Assembly (NCBI RefSeq): GCF_018350175.1
Contig: NC_058382.1
Location: forward strand, 54,066,001 to 54,130,000
Source: Felis catus
Lineage: Eukaryota
Direction of reading: 5' to 3'
DNA length: 64,000 nt
Below the pieces are notes generated by a model that was not told the DNA's origin, did not search any database, and saw only the letters and a list, made by a program, of their open reading frames with translations. Position 1 is the first letter of the stretch. Every line of letters starts with the position of its first letter. Below, in pieces: positions 49,638-62,489 of the stretch. The translations under genes and the position numbers were made by a program.

Positions 49638-50571
49638 TCGGTCGGCTTTAAAGAACTAAAGGTAGTAAGTGTTTTATCTTCACCCATTTGACTCTTGTGT
49701 CTATCAATTCATTCTGAATTTGTGAGGGCAAGAAAATATTGCCGTTTATTGACCTGCTAAAAATTCCAAAACCTAACAGCTGTTTTACTTTGCATATTTT
49801 GCTTAATCCCCCTGCATTCTAGGTTCTTCAACTGTCGAAGTGGGGACAGTAGAGGGTTGTTGGAAGAATTACAATGTATTTGAGCCACCTGATACAGAGT
49901 CAGGCACCTAGTAAGTGCTCCACACACAACGACTATTAATAACATGTTCCATAAACTAGGGGAACGAAAAAGGACGGGGCACAATGAGGTCCCTGATCTC
50001 AAGAAGTTCGGTGTTATCTCCATACACAGAATGTTTTCATGATGATAATCCCACCAAAATCCACCCTTAAGAAGGACATGGGAAGCAAATGATACTGAAT
50101 ATCCAAACCGTTCACACGTCATCTGCACAGTCGTATCCCTCAACTCCGCCTCTTGAGGTTGGAGTGGAGGCTCTGGGAAGGGAACACCTCTGTGCAGTCA
50201 GCAGAGGACTCACTGGGAGTCAAGTCACAAAGGTAGGTTTTTGTCCAGGGAAGTGTGGAGGGGGCGGGGAGAAGACAAAGAGAAAAGCTATCGCCAGTCA
50301 AAATGGGTGAAAACATTAGTCTATTTAGGAGAGAGGAGCTGGGTGGGGTGAAGGGTCATGAGTAGCTGGCCGATGAAGTTGCTCCCAAAAGAGAAGAAAG
50401 ACTGACACAGGAGACCTGCCACATGCAGCTGCTTTGCTTTGCCACAGGCCCGCCAAGAGGCAGGGACTAAACACATTCTGTTACAATGATGTCAGGCATT
50501 ATCATCACTGAAGCTGACTTTTGGTGAGCTCTTACTCTGCACTCCCCACTCTTCGTCTCATTTGATAATTT

Positions 50572-50996
50572 TTTTTCAATGATTTTTTTTAAATTTTTTT
50601 TAGTCAGTTTTTGAGAGACAGAGAGAGACAGAGCATGAATGGGGGAGGGGCAGAGAGAAAGGGAGACTCGGAATCCGAAGCAGGCTCCAGGTTCCCAGCT
50701 GTCAGCTCAGAACCCGACGCGGGGCTCAAACTCACGAATGGTGAGATCATGACCTGAGCCGAAGTCAGACGTTTAACCGACCGAGCCACCCGGGTGCCCC
50801 TATGATTATTTATTTTTGAGAGAGACAGAGTGCGAGCAAGGGAGAGGCAGAGAGAGAGGAAACACAGAATCGGCGGCAGACTCCAGGCTCTGAGCTGTCG
50901 GCACAGAGCCCGAGACGGGGCTCGAACTCACAGGCAGTGAGATCATGACCTGAGCCGAAGTCTGATGCTTAACCGAATGAGCCACCCAGGCGCCCC
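50572..50996 (-). mobile_element. Outer (older) SINEC whose tail is interrupted by a second SINEC
   Basis: Body 50808-50996, tail remnant 50572-50584; TSD-like CATTTGATAATTT (50559) / CATTAGATATTTC (50998). Confidence 0.88.
50585..50800 (-). mobile_element. Inner (younger) SINEC
   Basis: Full length, flanked by ATGATT at 50579 and 50802. Confidence 0.9.
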
Positions 50997-53189
50997 GCAT
51001 TAGATATTTCTAACAACTCTCTGAGGCATGTTCTCTTTTACTATACATGTTTTACATATGAGGAAAACAGAGGATCAAAAAGGTTAAGACTTTTGCCAAA
51101 GTTCACAGAGCCGGCAGGTGGAGAGGCCAGGACTCCACATTCAATCTATCTGACTCCTGGCCCCCATGTTCTAAAGCAGATTCTGGACCATTTCATGGAA
51201 AAACGTTTTATGATGGAGATTTAATAAGCTCATCGGTGGCTTTCTGGCATAGCGAATTCCTAGCCACAGTCAGATAGAGGCTGGACCACCCAAGGGGAGA
51301 AGTGGTTACAAATGGCACCAAGTAAAACAAGGTTGAGAATTTCCAAAACCTCAGCCCAGTTCTCATCCTGCCCTGAGAGTCCGTGAGTCTAGGCGCATTC
51401 CTCCTTTCTTCTCCCCAGAAAACCATAGGAGTTCACTGTCACAGGCACAGTGCAGGCAATACAGTCCCCCCCAAAAGAAAATACTAAGAAGAGCATCACG
51501 TCAATCATCAGGCAATCAGACTGAATGCACTCACCCAGTGGAGTACTACTCAGCCGTCACTGAAAATGTTGTAGACGCATGAAGAGTTATTTTCAGCACT
51601 AGAGAGAAAATGTATGCTCCAAAATAGAATATCATATATGTATGTATTTATTTATATACATATATGTTTATATTTATATATTCACACATACATATAGGAG
51701 GAGACATGAAGAAGAGGAGGAAGGGAGGAGGAAAGAGGAAGAATCTATCAAGTTTATCATAGTGACTTATCTCTAGATAAGTATAGAGCACTGGGGGTTG
51801 CCTATCTATATTTCTCTTTATTTTTATTACCTAAAGTTTCTGGTTTTCTATAAATGCCATGAATTTGTTTACTAGGAAGAACGCGGGAGGAACCTTAGGT
51901 TTAAAGCTAGACGATTCCTTATTCCAAAGACACAAAACAAGCCAGATTCGGAGTCTGTCTTACTTAGTTTGATCACTTAGCCACCACACCTCCCACTATG
52001 CGACTTAATTCTTCACACTTTGAAAACCAGGCTGTGGTAGTGACCGGTGTCCAGAACCCCCTCTGGCAGCCAGTCTGACAATGGGGCCCCCTTCTGCACC
52101 TTGCCTTGCACTTGCTCACGTGGTGCCCACCTCCCTGAGGACAGTTACCCAGACATACTCCTCTGGGCCCTTCTAACCCAGGAGCCCTGAGGGGGAGCAC
52201 TGCTCCAATCCCCACTCTCCAAACATGGCAGGAATCAGGGCTCAAACCCCCTTCCTCAAATCTAATCCTCTGCATGTGGGGTCCCTCCCCTCAGACCTTC
52301 CAGAATCCTGCTGTCTGTAAGCCCCTCCCTGAGCAGCCTGACAGTATCTTCAGCCTTTCTGCTCCATGAGCCCAAACCTTCCACAGTTAGCATCCTCGCT
52401 GCCCCCAGCCCCTGCCCCCTGCCCCCCGTTTCTGGCCAGCCTTGCGTTTTGTTTGTGTCTGTCTGCTTTGGTTTTGTTTCCTAACTCCAAGCATAACCCT
52501 ACCCCACCTGACAGATGTGGAAAGGCTTCTACTGTTCACCTACAATGGGATGCTTGACAAGAGAAATAGAACTAAGTCAGGGATGGAGAAACTCCAGGCA
52601 AGAGCACGGGTTAGGGTGGCATTATGGGGCAAGCTGGAGAGAAAGCCTCCTCCTCAGGCAACACAGGGCCTACCAGGCAGGCTGACTCTGTATGAACTTG
52701 TTCCAGCCGCCTGGGCTGGTGGTCAGAATGGAGACACGGTTCCTACTATCCCCAGATTGTACAGTTACTTCCTGGGCCACTCTGCAGTAACACTGAAGCC
52801 CTGAAGCAACAAGAATGTGCTCACCAGAGCACCTGTGACCCAATGTGGAAAGGCCACAGAAGCATCAGAGGAAGCCTGTCCGCTGGCGTCTGTTGACAAA
52901 GCTCTCCTTCCCTCATTCCAACGTGGCGCCGCCTCGGCCACGTGTCCACGTTGGCCGGGCAGGAGTCCTCTACAGCAGGAACAGGACCCCGCCCTCACCC
53001 CGTGGTCAAAAGCCAAAGACAACCTGGGAGAACAGTGGCTGTACGGCCCTTTGCCCTGCCCCTGCCGTTCATCCTTCTGGAAACTTCTTGACTCCAAACA
53101 AAGATCAATGCCCACACAATCTTTCCCATCTGTAGCCCACAACTTCTGGAAGTACGAAAGATGTGCCTGGCTGTTTCATGTCACAAAAC

Positions 53190-53500
53190 TGTCACATGCG
53201 TTGGGTCTATTTTTTTTAACCTACAAGAAAACAACTTGATATTTGTTATGAGTTTAAGAAACAGCCCTAGTAATGACATCAAGCTATTGAGCGGCATTCA
53301 CCGTCAATTTACACTATGTAACGGAATGTGAAGCTCGATTTCCTTGTGTCACATGTATAACGATTAAATTATCAGCAGATGGAAAGTCGTTCTGGGCTAT
53401 AACAAGGTCCTCTGAGGTGCTAATTAACTTGGCACCTTTCTAAAAAAAAAAAAAGAACTCTGTCACACTTTGACAGGAAATGTTGCCACTTGGGGGTACT
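53190..53500. promoter_or_regulatory. Candidate CNE-like block
   Basis: Repeat-free; TAATGAC, GATTAAATTA, CAGATG, CTAATTAA, TGACAG motifs. Confidence 0.4.
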
Positions 53501-54031
53501 TATTGGTCCTCAGCACACTTAGGACTTCTCTGGGAGATTTTCTTTCTTCCTGTTTCTTAATTGTTGGCTCCTGAAAGGTATAGTAATATCATAAACATAC
53601 TGAATCTCCCATTTGGGTCCAAAATCCACACTGCAGCAAACCCCTTCAATTGCAAAATAGAAGAAATCACCTTCTGCCAATGATACAGTATTTACTGACA
53701 ATTGGTGCAGCCCAGCAAATGAGTCTGCAGGTCTCCAGAAACTTCTGGTCCCTGGTAACCTCGCTGGGTAGGAATTCAGGACCACTATGTGTTCACTCCA
53801 TAGACTTCACTTCTCTCCTTTTCACAGTTTTACAAATTCCTAGATTCTTTAAAGCTGCAGAGGGCATGGAGGCCAAGATCACAAAGTGCTCAGGCTTTCC
53901 AAGTCAACGTTTTCTCAATCTGCGATGGCTCAGGACTGAATCTCAACTACTGTACCATTTGTCTCCCCCCACCTCTGCCATTCAAAATAATTGGCGTAAT
54001 AAATACCCTTATTTAAAATTGTTTAAATGTG

Positions 54032-54199
54032 GGGGCGCCTGGGTGGCTCAGTTGGTTAAGCATCTGACTTCGGCCAGGTCATGACCTCACGGTTCATGAG
54101 TTCGAGCCCTGCATTGGGCTCTGTGCTGACAGCTCAGGGCCTAGAGCCTGCTTCAGATTCTGTGTCTCCCTCTCTCTCTGCACCTCCCCCACTCATATG

Positions 54200-54230
<31 letters not shown>

Positions 54231-54268
54231 CCCCCCAAAAAAATTAATAAACATTAAAACATTTTTTT
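54032..54268 (+). mobile_element. SINEC (felid)
   Basis: 16-bp TSD AAATTGTTTAAATGTG (54016) / AAATTTTTTAAATGTG (54269). Confidence 0.95.
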
Positions 54269-54284
54269 AAATTTTTTAAATGTG

Positions 54285-54550
54285 ATCATTGTATTGTAGT
54301 TATATTTTTATAAGGTGCCTTTATCATTTTTGAAATATACATACTGAAATGTTTGTAGATAAAATGACAAGATGGCTTGGACTTATCCCAGAAGAATCCA
54401 ACGGTGAGGAGACAGTAGAAGACACAGATCAAACAACATGGCCCATAAACTGGCAAGTGTCGAAGCTGGGTGCGGGATACATGGGACTTCATTATACTAT
54501 TATTTCTTTTTCTGTATGTTTGAACTTTTCCATAATGGAAGTTAAAATAA
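54285..54550 (+). mobile_element. L1MC-like 3' terminus
   Basis: ATACATACTGAAATGTTT...GAAGCTGGGTGCGGGATACATGGGACTTCATTATACTATT...TTTCCATAAT. Confidence 0.8.
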
Positions 54551-54696
54551 ATTCATCAAAAAGGTGAGAGAAAGAGAGATCGGAAGAGAGAGAGCGGATC
54601 AAGAATTTGACTTTGACGCTTTGGATAAAGATTGACGGAATAAATGTAGGGTGATTTCTCTTACGGTCAAGATTGTTTCCAAGGTGTATCTCAGAA

Positions 54697-54852
54697 TTAT
54701 ATTATATATCTTATATTATATTATATTATATTATATTATATTATATTATATTATATTAATATATATCTTAATATTAATTAATTAATTAATTAAGATAATT
54801 AATTAATTAATATATATATTAAGATATATATCTTATAAATATATCTTATATT
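54697..54852. repeat. AT-rich compound repeat (TTATA)n/(TTAA)n with a long quasi-palindrome
   Basis: Read directly from the sequence; inverted arms at 54759-54774 and 54816-54831. Confidence 0.9.
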
Positions 54853-55908
54853 AGGCATATAAGACTCAATTTGGGGTAGTCGTAACTCATTTGACCGAAA
54901 TAATCCAAGATTTTATTTCAGATGATGGTTGACCAAAGATACTCTGAAATAGTCAGATGGCACCTGCTGCTTGTAGACATCACATGTTTAGACAAACTGG
55001 CAAGAGGACAGGTGGGAAAGGTCTGTGTGCTAAACTGATGTGAGCAGCCACTGCAGGTTGGTATGGGGACAAAAGCGTCACCTATGTGGGAGAAGGAAAC
55101 AACACAAGCAACAGTTGGATTAAGGGGAATAACTTCACTTTGGATCATCTGGCATTTCAGCTTGCAAAGACAAGACAGGGAAAGGTCACAACTTTCCGGT
55201 GAGGCCAGTGTATGTTAACATTCTAGTTTTGTAGGTGGAGAAATGGAGGTTCAGAAAAGTGAACTCTTTCCCAAAAGCCACAACGTAAGAAATAGAGCAG
55301 CCATTCACGTTCAAGTTCAGTGTGTTCTTGACCCCACTCTTTCCACATCACGACCCCCAGAGCCACCAGTGCTAAGGATGAAAAGAAGAAATGAACAGTC
55401 TTTCGAGGCATTTCCAAATACAGGGACAGAAACCACTGTTCATGAAATCAGCTTAAAATATGCCCAACTCTTACACACCATGAAGAGAACTTGGGGTAGG
55501 TGTAGTGAATTTCTGTGTTTAAAACTGTTCCTACATTCAAATATGCTTGAATGGGTTCAGCAGAAAAAGACAAAAACAAAACAAAACATTTGGCCTCCTT
55601 CTGAACTAAGGTTTGAAAGAGGAGAAAAAGAGTCTGTCCGGTAAATGATGGAGGTAAAATTCAGCATTTAGTGAAATAAGCTTTTCCAATGTTAATTGCT
55701 GACTCACCCTAAAGGAAAAGACTAGAAGACCATGGCACACACCTCATTGTCTCTTGGGCCAAGACTGCTTCCTATTGTAAAATGAGAAGCCGGAGATATT
55801 CTGCCTTCTAAGGGAAACAGGTATCTGGGAAGAAAAGATGTTTCTAGAAGTCATTCATTGAGCAACAACAGAAGAGTAACACATCTTCCTCTAGAAAGCC
55901 AAGGAGTC

Positions 55909-56165
55909 CAGTATTCCCGAATAAATTCTATGGAAAATAGGTCGATCAAGACAATATATGAAGTTATATACTATATCCTCCTTTGAGGAATAATAGAACA
56001 TATTAAAATCTCTGAGAAGTCCTGCAATACAGAGACTTATTGAATTTAGAGTATTTCATCTAATACATGAAATGCCCAAATGTATTTTGTCACAGAGCCA
56101 TTTTTCATAACACTTATTAATATCTCATGAAACTACAATTCCTGGAGATATCTTTCATACAAGGC
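55909..56165. mobile_element. MER103C hAT-Charlie element
   Basis: TACTATATCCTCCTTTGAGG...ATATTAAAATCTCTGAGAAGTCCTGCAATA...AACACTTATTAATATCTCATGAAACTA match MER103C. Confidence 0.8.
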
Positions 56166-58305
56166 AGGGGCACATTGGTGGGACTCTTGGAGAGTTATAC
56201 ACAGAATCTACTTAGTGTCTACAAAGTACACGCACACACACACACACACAATTCATGAATGGTACTAAAGCCCCTTTGCCCCAGATGCTATATCCAAGTA
56301 GACCTATAACCCAAAGTCAAGTTGTAATTCAAGTTAATGTCATAAAGAGACAATAAGTAGTTTGTAGACCACGTGGTAAACTTAGACATGTATTCAGAAG
56401 AGGATGGGCTTGATTCTCTTTTAATACTCAGAAACAACTACTTGGAGGAAATAGAATTTGAAATTGGGCATTAAAGGAGACGTCAACCTAGACAGTAGGG
56501 AAGAGGAAGAGACAAAGACTCGTTTCAAGCAAGGAGAATGATACGCTCATATTGAGTATGACTTTACTATCACTGAGCAAGCCATATAGAGGATTCATTT
56601 TAATTATCAAATTATTAAATTCGGCATCTTTGGTAAAACGGAAGAACTCAGGTGAAAACAATTCTGTAACTCATAAGCAATTATGGAGAAACCTCTCATT
56701 TTTCAGCCATTCTAAATAAACAAGAGCATACAGTAAATGCAATTGATTTCCCCCAACTTCTGTGAGTATGCTAATAGACTGAATTGAACTTCTGATTAAA
56801 GGTATTTTCTTCTGTCACTTCTTCTGTGTCTATCACACTTATAACTTCATCCCAGAAGGCTACTGAGTGAATCTTATGAGCTAGAGTTTTCCCAACTCAT
56901 TATCGCTTTGTGGATTTTACTCAGAAGGCCACGGTCTTGTGGGTACTGTTTCCAAATTAATTTTGGCCACTCCATCACAGTATTTTTCCAAAAGAACAGC
57001 CTGGGCTAATGACAATGCCCATTGTATGGTTACTTTACAGAGATATTTTCCTTAGAAATTGTTTCCACAAGGCTTTGTTTATATGTTTCTTCTGCCTGGA
57101 AAATCTTACCCACCTCACCTGCCATCCCCATTTTGCCTGATGAATTCCTATTCATCCATTATGACTCAGCTCAGGCATTATATATTCTAGAAAGCCTTTG
57201 TAAATGCAGGCAACAGAAATCTCTCTTGAACTAGCTTAGGGTAGAAAAAAGGTGGGGGGAGGAAGCAATTCATTTTGTCAGATAACAAGATATGTACAGG
57301 CCTATCGCCTAGCTTCCGGTATGACTGGATCTAGGAGCTTGGATGATATTAGATTTTGTCAATCGCTCCTTCTCTTGGGGCTGTTTTCCCCAGTTCTCTG
57401 GTTTCCTTCTTAAGCATATGTCCCCACTGTTTCAGAGTGTCATCACTGTAACAGGACAATATCACTCTAAAATCTAAGGGTGTATTTTCTGATTTGGATA
57501 TCAATCTTTGCAGCCAAATTTTAATTACCTTAGATTGACTCAGGCAGCGGCGGGGGGGGGGGGGGCTGTCTTAATATATCTTCCATTCACAGGCAGACTT
57601 TCTCCAAATGAAAGGAAAGATGACAGCGGCCACCCCAAATATATACCCCATCAGATCGGGGTATACAACCCTGACAAAATCAGTCTCCACCAATGGCTGT
57701 GTCATAAAATTCTGAGGGGGGATGTTTATTTGTCTGGGTCGCAGGCCAGGGGTTGCTGAGTCAGTCCCACTTGGAACATGTAGGATTTACTCCTCACTGG
57801 AAGGAGGTCTGTTATCTGCAGAGGAGGAAGAGGTACTAGAGAGACAAAAACAACAGCTGTCCTGACGCCTGTCCCGAGCCACCTAGGCCGGGTGGACAGC
57901 CTCTCTCCCCAGCCCTCACAGAGTCCGGGGCAAACCTCCACTCGTACAATAACGCAACACATCACTGTCGCCTGTGTGCATCCAGCACTAAATAGTTGCG
58001 TAGCATGTGTTCACGGAACGAATGCACCAATGAATAAACACCACCTCTGAAGTGCCAAGTAGAGGCATCAGTAACTTCAGTGAAGGAGGGGGACTGCCGT
58101 GCTATAAGCAGGAAATGAGTCTATGAGTCTGAAAAAGAGATGGAGACAGGGTGCTGTTGCTGGATGAGTTGAGCGTAAGAACAAAGAAGTCTCCTCTGGT
58201 GCAAACATTCTCTTCACGGTTGCCTACGTGCAAATGATTCTGCTACGTGAGAGCCACCTGGTTTACCTTATCCAAACCATGTTGTAGATATGCTCTCCTA
58301 CTTGC

Positions 58306-58826
58306 CCCCAAAATTAAAAATAGAACTTTCCTAGGAACTAGTAATTGCACTACTGGGTATTAACCCAAAGAATACAAAAACACTAAATCCAAGGGACACA
58401 TATACCCCTATGTTTATAGCAGCATTATGTACAGTAGTCAAACTATGGAAACTGCCCAAGTGTCCATTGATAGATGAATGGATAAAGAAGATGTGATGTA
58501 TATACAATGGGATATTATTCAGCCATATAAGAGAATGAAATCTTGCCATCTGCAATGAGGTGGATGGAGCTAAAGAGTATAATGCTAAGCGAAATAAGTC
58601 AGTCAGAGAAAGACAAATACCACATGATCCCACCCATGTGTGGAATTTAGGAAACAAAACAAACAAGCAAAGGGAAAAACTCAGAGACAAACCAAGAAAC
58701 AGACTCTTAACTATAGAGAACATACTGATGGTTACCAGAGGAAAGGGGAGATGGGTTAAATATGTGATGGGGATTAAGGAGTACTATGATCATGATGAAA
58801 AATAGAAAATAAAATAACATAATTTA
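58306..58826 (+). mobile_element. 5'-truncated carnivore L1 (L1_Carn-like): ORF2 C-terminus plus 3' UTR
   Basis: AATTGCACTACTGGGTATT, GAAATAAGTCAGTCAGAGAAAGACAAATAC, AACAGACTCTTAACTATAGAGAAC; A-rich tail; flanks CCTACTTGCCCC / CCTACTGCCCC are TSD-like. Confidence 0.9.
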
Positions 58827-59154
58827 AGAAACACTTTCCTACTGCCCCTGAAACTGCACTAATACATATCTGACCATGTATGTAGATTCCGAGTTTAGAA
58901 AATACGGTCCCCGTAGCACTAGGCCCCTCACCTCTGCCAACGGGCAGGGTGCCCTTACCTCACTCTCCACACAACCGTTGGATGACCTCTTACCACTTCC
59001 CTTTCTGAACATACAAATTATCAAGGGTAAGTGACACCTTAAATATCCTTCAGTGTACCTGGCCCACTTTACAGGTAAGGAAACAGAAGGTCCTTGATTT
59101 CATGAGCTCCAGTTTTGTTCATGTGGTTAATGTTAAATGTATATGGCATAATAA

Positions 59155-59278
59155 TATTTACCTAGAAGGTAGATGTCATAAGGGCAGGACTTTTTGCCTA
59201 TTTTTTTCACTGACGTGTCCCTAGAACCTGTACTTGCCACACAGTAGGTCCTCAAAAAACTACCTGTTGAGCAAATAC
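59155..59278 (+). mobile_element. L2 3' terminus
   Basis: AAGGGCAGGACTTTTTGCC...TTCACTGACGTGTCCCTAG...CACACAGTAGGTCCTCAAAAA. Confidence 0.8.
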
Positions 59279-59470
59279 TTATTGAGCACTGCTTTAAGTA
59301 CTTTATGTTCTCACAACTGCCTTTAATATAAATGCCAGTATCCTAATCTTATAGATTAAAAAACTGAGGCAGAGAGAATTAAAATAATTTACCTGAGATC
59401 ACATAGCTACTAAGCGTTGGTGGCAAGATTCAAACCCAAGCAGTCTGGATCCAGAGCTTATACTTATAAC
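59275..59470 (-). mobile_element. MIR
   Basis: AAACTGAGGCAGAGAG...GATCACATAGCTACTAAG...GATTCAAACCCAAGCAGTCTGG. Confidence 0.85.
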
Positions 59471-59494
59471 TAGATAGGAACCACAGACCACAGA

Positions 59495-59967
59495 TGTGCA
59501 AGTTATCAATTGCCATGCAACCAAGCACGCTTACAAAACAACCATTTTACTCGGCTCACAGTTTTGTTGGCCAGGAATTCAGAAAGGGCTCAGCCAGGCA
59601 GTTTGCCTCTGATTCACGTGGCCTTAGGTGGGGCGTTCGAGGCTGGAGGGATCTGCTTCCGAGACAGCTTCGTCTTTCCCACCTCTGGTGTCTTGGCAGG
59701 ATTGACTGGAAAGCTGGGCACTGCTGGAGCCCTGTCTCTCCACATGGTTTCAAGCTGGTCCACATGAAGGTTAGGGTCATAGAGATCCCAGAACAAGATT
59801 TTGAGAAACAGGAAATGGAAACGGTCTTGACCTGGGTCTGGGAACTGACACAGGGTCACTTCCACCATATTCTACTGGTCTAAACAGACACAGAACCCGT
59901 GCTCTCAGTGGGACCCTACCTCTTACTGGGGAGTATGGTTAAGAATCCGTGGCCATTTCTAACCACC
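59495..59967 (-). mobile_element. MLT1H-like MaLR solo LTR
   Basis: AAAACAACCATTTTA...GGCCAGGAATTCAGAAAGGGCTCAGC...GTCACTTCCACCATATTCTACTGGTC. Confidence 0.8.
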
Positions 59968-61621
59968 GAAGTGGAAGTCCAACCTAGACTGGAGATGGTG
60001 CCCACTAACTTCACACAAGTTTACTGATACCTCATCTCAGAATCACTGTGCCAGAAGAATGCATTTCACCAGTGAAGCATCGATGGGATCCACGTGTTAG
60101 AAGACTGTTTTGTGACAAGACTTCACCATTACAGAATCTAAAGAAGCATTTTCTGATCTTAACACAAATCTCTGAAACCAAACTTTAATTACTTTGATTG
60201 GGGGGGGGGGGGGGTCTCTTCAGTCATTTTAATGTGCATTTTATGTTTCCAGATGCTCTATCCTACTTTTAGGAGGAAACGTTTCTCATTATCATAAAAT
60301 TTACATGCTCATACATTTCATGAAAGACTTATTCTTTCTAGGTGATAATAAACAATTCAGTAATTTGGAGGAAAAACGTCACAGAAATAATGGTGAGAGG
60401 GTACTACTACAGAAATCTCCAGACGAGAGAAAGCGTGATTAGGTAGAAAGAACAAAATTCAGTTCTGCTCCTAATTCAACCATCTTAAGATGTCTGCTCA
60501 GCCTCTTGGAACCCAAGCATAATGCTTTGTAAGATAAAAGACTTTTGTGGACAGAATCTTCCAGTGTGGCACAAAACTTATCTTGCTTCTAGTCCTAATT
60601 CTGCCAAATGGACCGTAAACCTAGACAAAAGGCATTCACCTCTTTGGATGTGACGATGATGATGATACCGGTAAAGAGAACTTCTGATCACCATTGTGTG
60701 TGACCCCATATTTCCCAAACTCTCCTGCAGTTAAGAGACGGCCATGTAATTATTTCTGACCAGCAGACCATAAACACAGGCAACAGGCACAGACCAAGGC
60801 AGATGAGAACCCAGGCCTACCTAAATTCAAAGCCCAAATTTTTAACTTCTTCCCAATATGGCTTCCTTCATTTCTTTATCTCCGTAAGTAGGAGTTTACT
60901 TTAATTGCTCTATAAGGCCCTTTCAAGGTCTAAAATATTTTGATATTATAGCTTTTGTGAATAAGTGTGGAATTCTGAAATTGGTGTTCAATGCATCAGA
61001 GGTTTACATTGACAACAGGCGTAAGAGTAATTGGATTTGTATTGATTAAAAAGAAATCACACGTAATTGTTTTCCCAACACATCTATGTTCATCGAGCTT
61101 GGGATTTTTCTTTGCTGTTTGTTTGATTGTTTAATTGATGATTATTAAGCACTCTTAGGTTCTATAGATTCCAAGTCATCAACGAGCTTGAATTGAAGGA
61201 ATCAGATGCGAATGATTCAGATTTGTTTCATCCTGGTTCAAAAGTCACTGTTCTTTGTAGACACTTCCTAAAGATTCAAACCTCAAATTCATGTGAATGA
61301 TGTGAGAATATCCCAACCCTTCGTTACTATTAAAATGCACAGATTTGTTTCCTGGTAGTGTTGTTTGTTAATCAACTTGTTTGAATTTTAGATTGTTTAG
61401 GAAGTCTGTGAGTACTGTCTTGAAAAACTTTGAGTTTTAACTACACTATCTCAAAAGGAGAGAACTCCAGTGAGGCTGGGAACTCATAAACATCAGGCCA
61501 TAAATGAGATCAGGGAGGAAGAAAGTAGGATTAATTACAGTTCTACACCTGGGAGTAGTCAACTCCCCTCCCTCATGTTCAGAACATCCCAAAGGCAAGT
61601 GTTTACCTGCAATAAAAATAA

Positions 61622-61622
<1 letters not shown>

Positions 61623-61660
<38 letters not shown>
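61623..61660 (+). repeat. (CA)19 microsatellite
   Basis: Read directly from the sequence. Confidence 0.95.
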
Positions 61661-61662
<2 letters not shown>

Positions 61663-62489
61663 ACACCAGTGATAACAAGGACTCTTCCTCTAAAAATATT
61701 ACATAAACAGAAAAACCAGGGCAGCCAGGGTGAGTGTGGACATAGACAGCACTCCACATGCTGGCATTAGAAGTTCCAAACCAGAATGTCCAGATTCTTG
61801 CCTACCGCCTTAAAAGAAAAACCCAACAACCAACCATCCCAGCGATCCTAGAGTCCCCCTGAGGCTTCTTGCAGCCTCATTCTTACAGATGAATGAATGA
61901 GAACCACCATGCCTACAGCCTGCCAGAAAAAGATCAAGATAAATTTTTAAAATGTGGTAACAGACAAAATAGAGATAGTATCCCCTATTCCCCCACCAAA
62001 AAAAACCCCTGAACCCCAACTTCAAAGACAAAGGCAAAGTATTTATTTATATCCATAAAACAAGAATGGGATGTTACATAAAAGGAATATCCCAAGAACA
62101 TAAAAACAGTAGAGGAAATCCCTCAAAACTCAGAACAAAGTAATAAGTAGAGAAAATCTAGAAGGGAAGCATCTACTCATATCTATGCTGACAAGTAAAA
62201 AGGCAAGTGTCTAGAAAGAACACATACCTGACAGTAAACTATTTGCCTCTGGGGAGAGGGACTGGATGAATTACCTATGGATAATTCATCTTTCATGTTA
62301 TACATTCCTGTACTATTTTGATAAGCATTTATTAATTTGAAATAAAAATATAATCCTTGCTCTAACTCATTCTCCTCAAACAACTACCAAGAGACCGCTG
62401 CCACACAGACCTCTCAACAAAACACGGAATATGATGACCCTCTGCGAATATACTCCTATTTCTGTCCGTCAGGTGGTCTTTCTGAGGAC

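Larger units (their letters stand above)
50515..51170 (-). mobile_element. MIR split by nested SINECs
   Basis: AACAACTCTCTGAGGC...TTTTACATATGAGGAAAACAGAGG...GGTTAAGACTTTTGCCAAAGTTCACAGAGC. Confidence 0.75.

Noticed and set aside
58331..58805. ORFs of 130 and 81 aa
   Set aside because: Antisense and sense frames of an L1 3' end.
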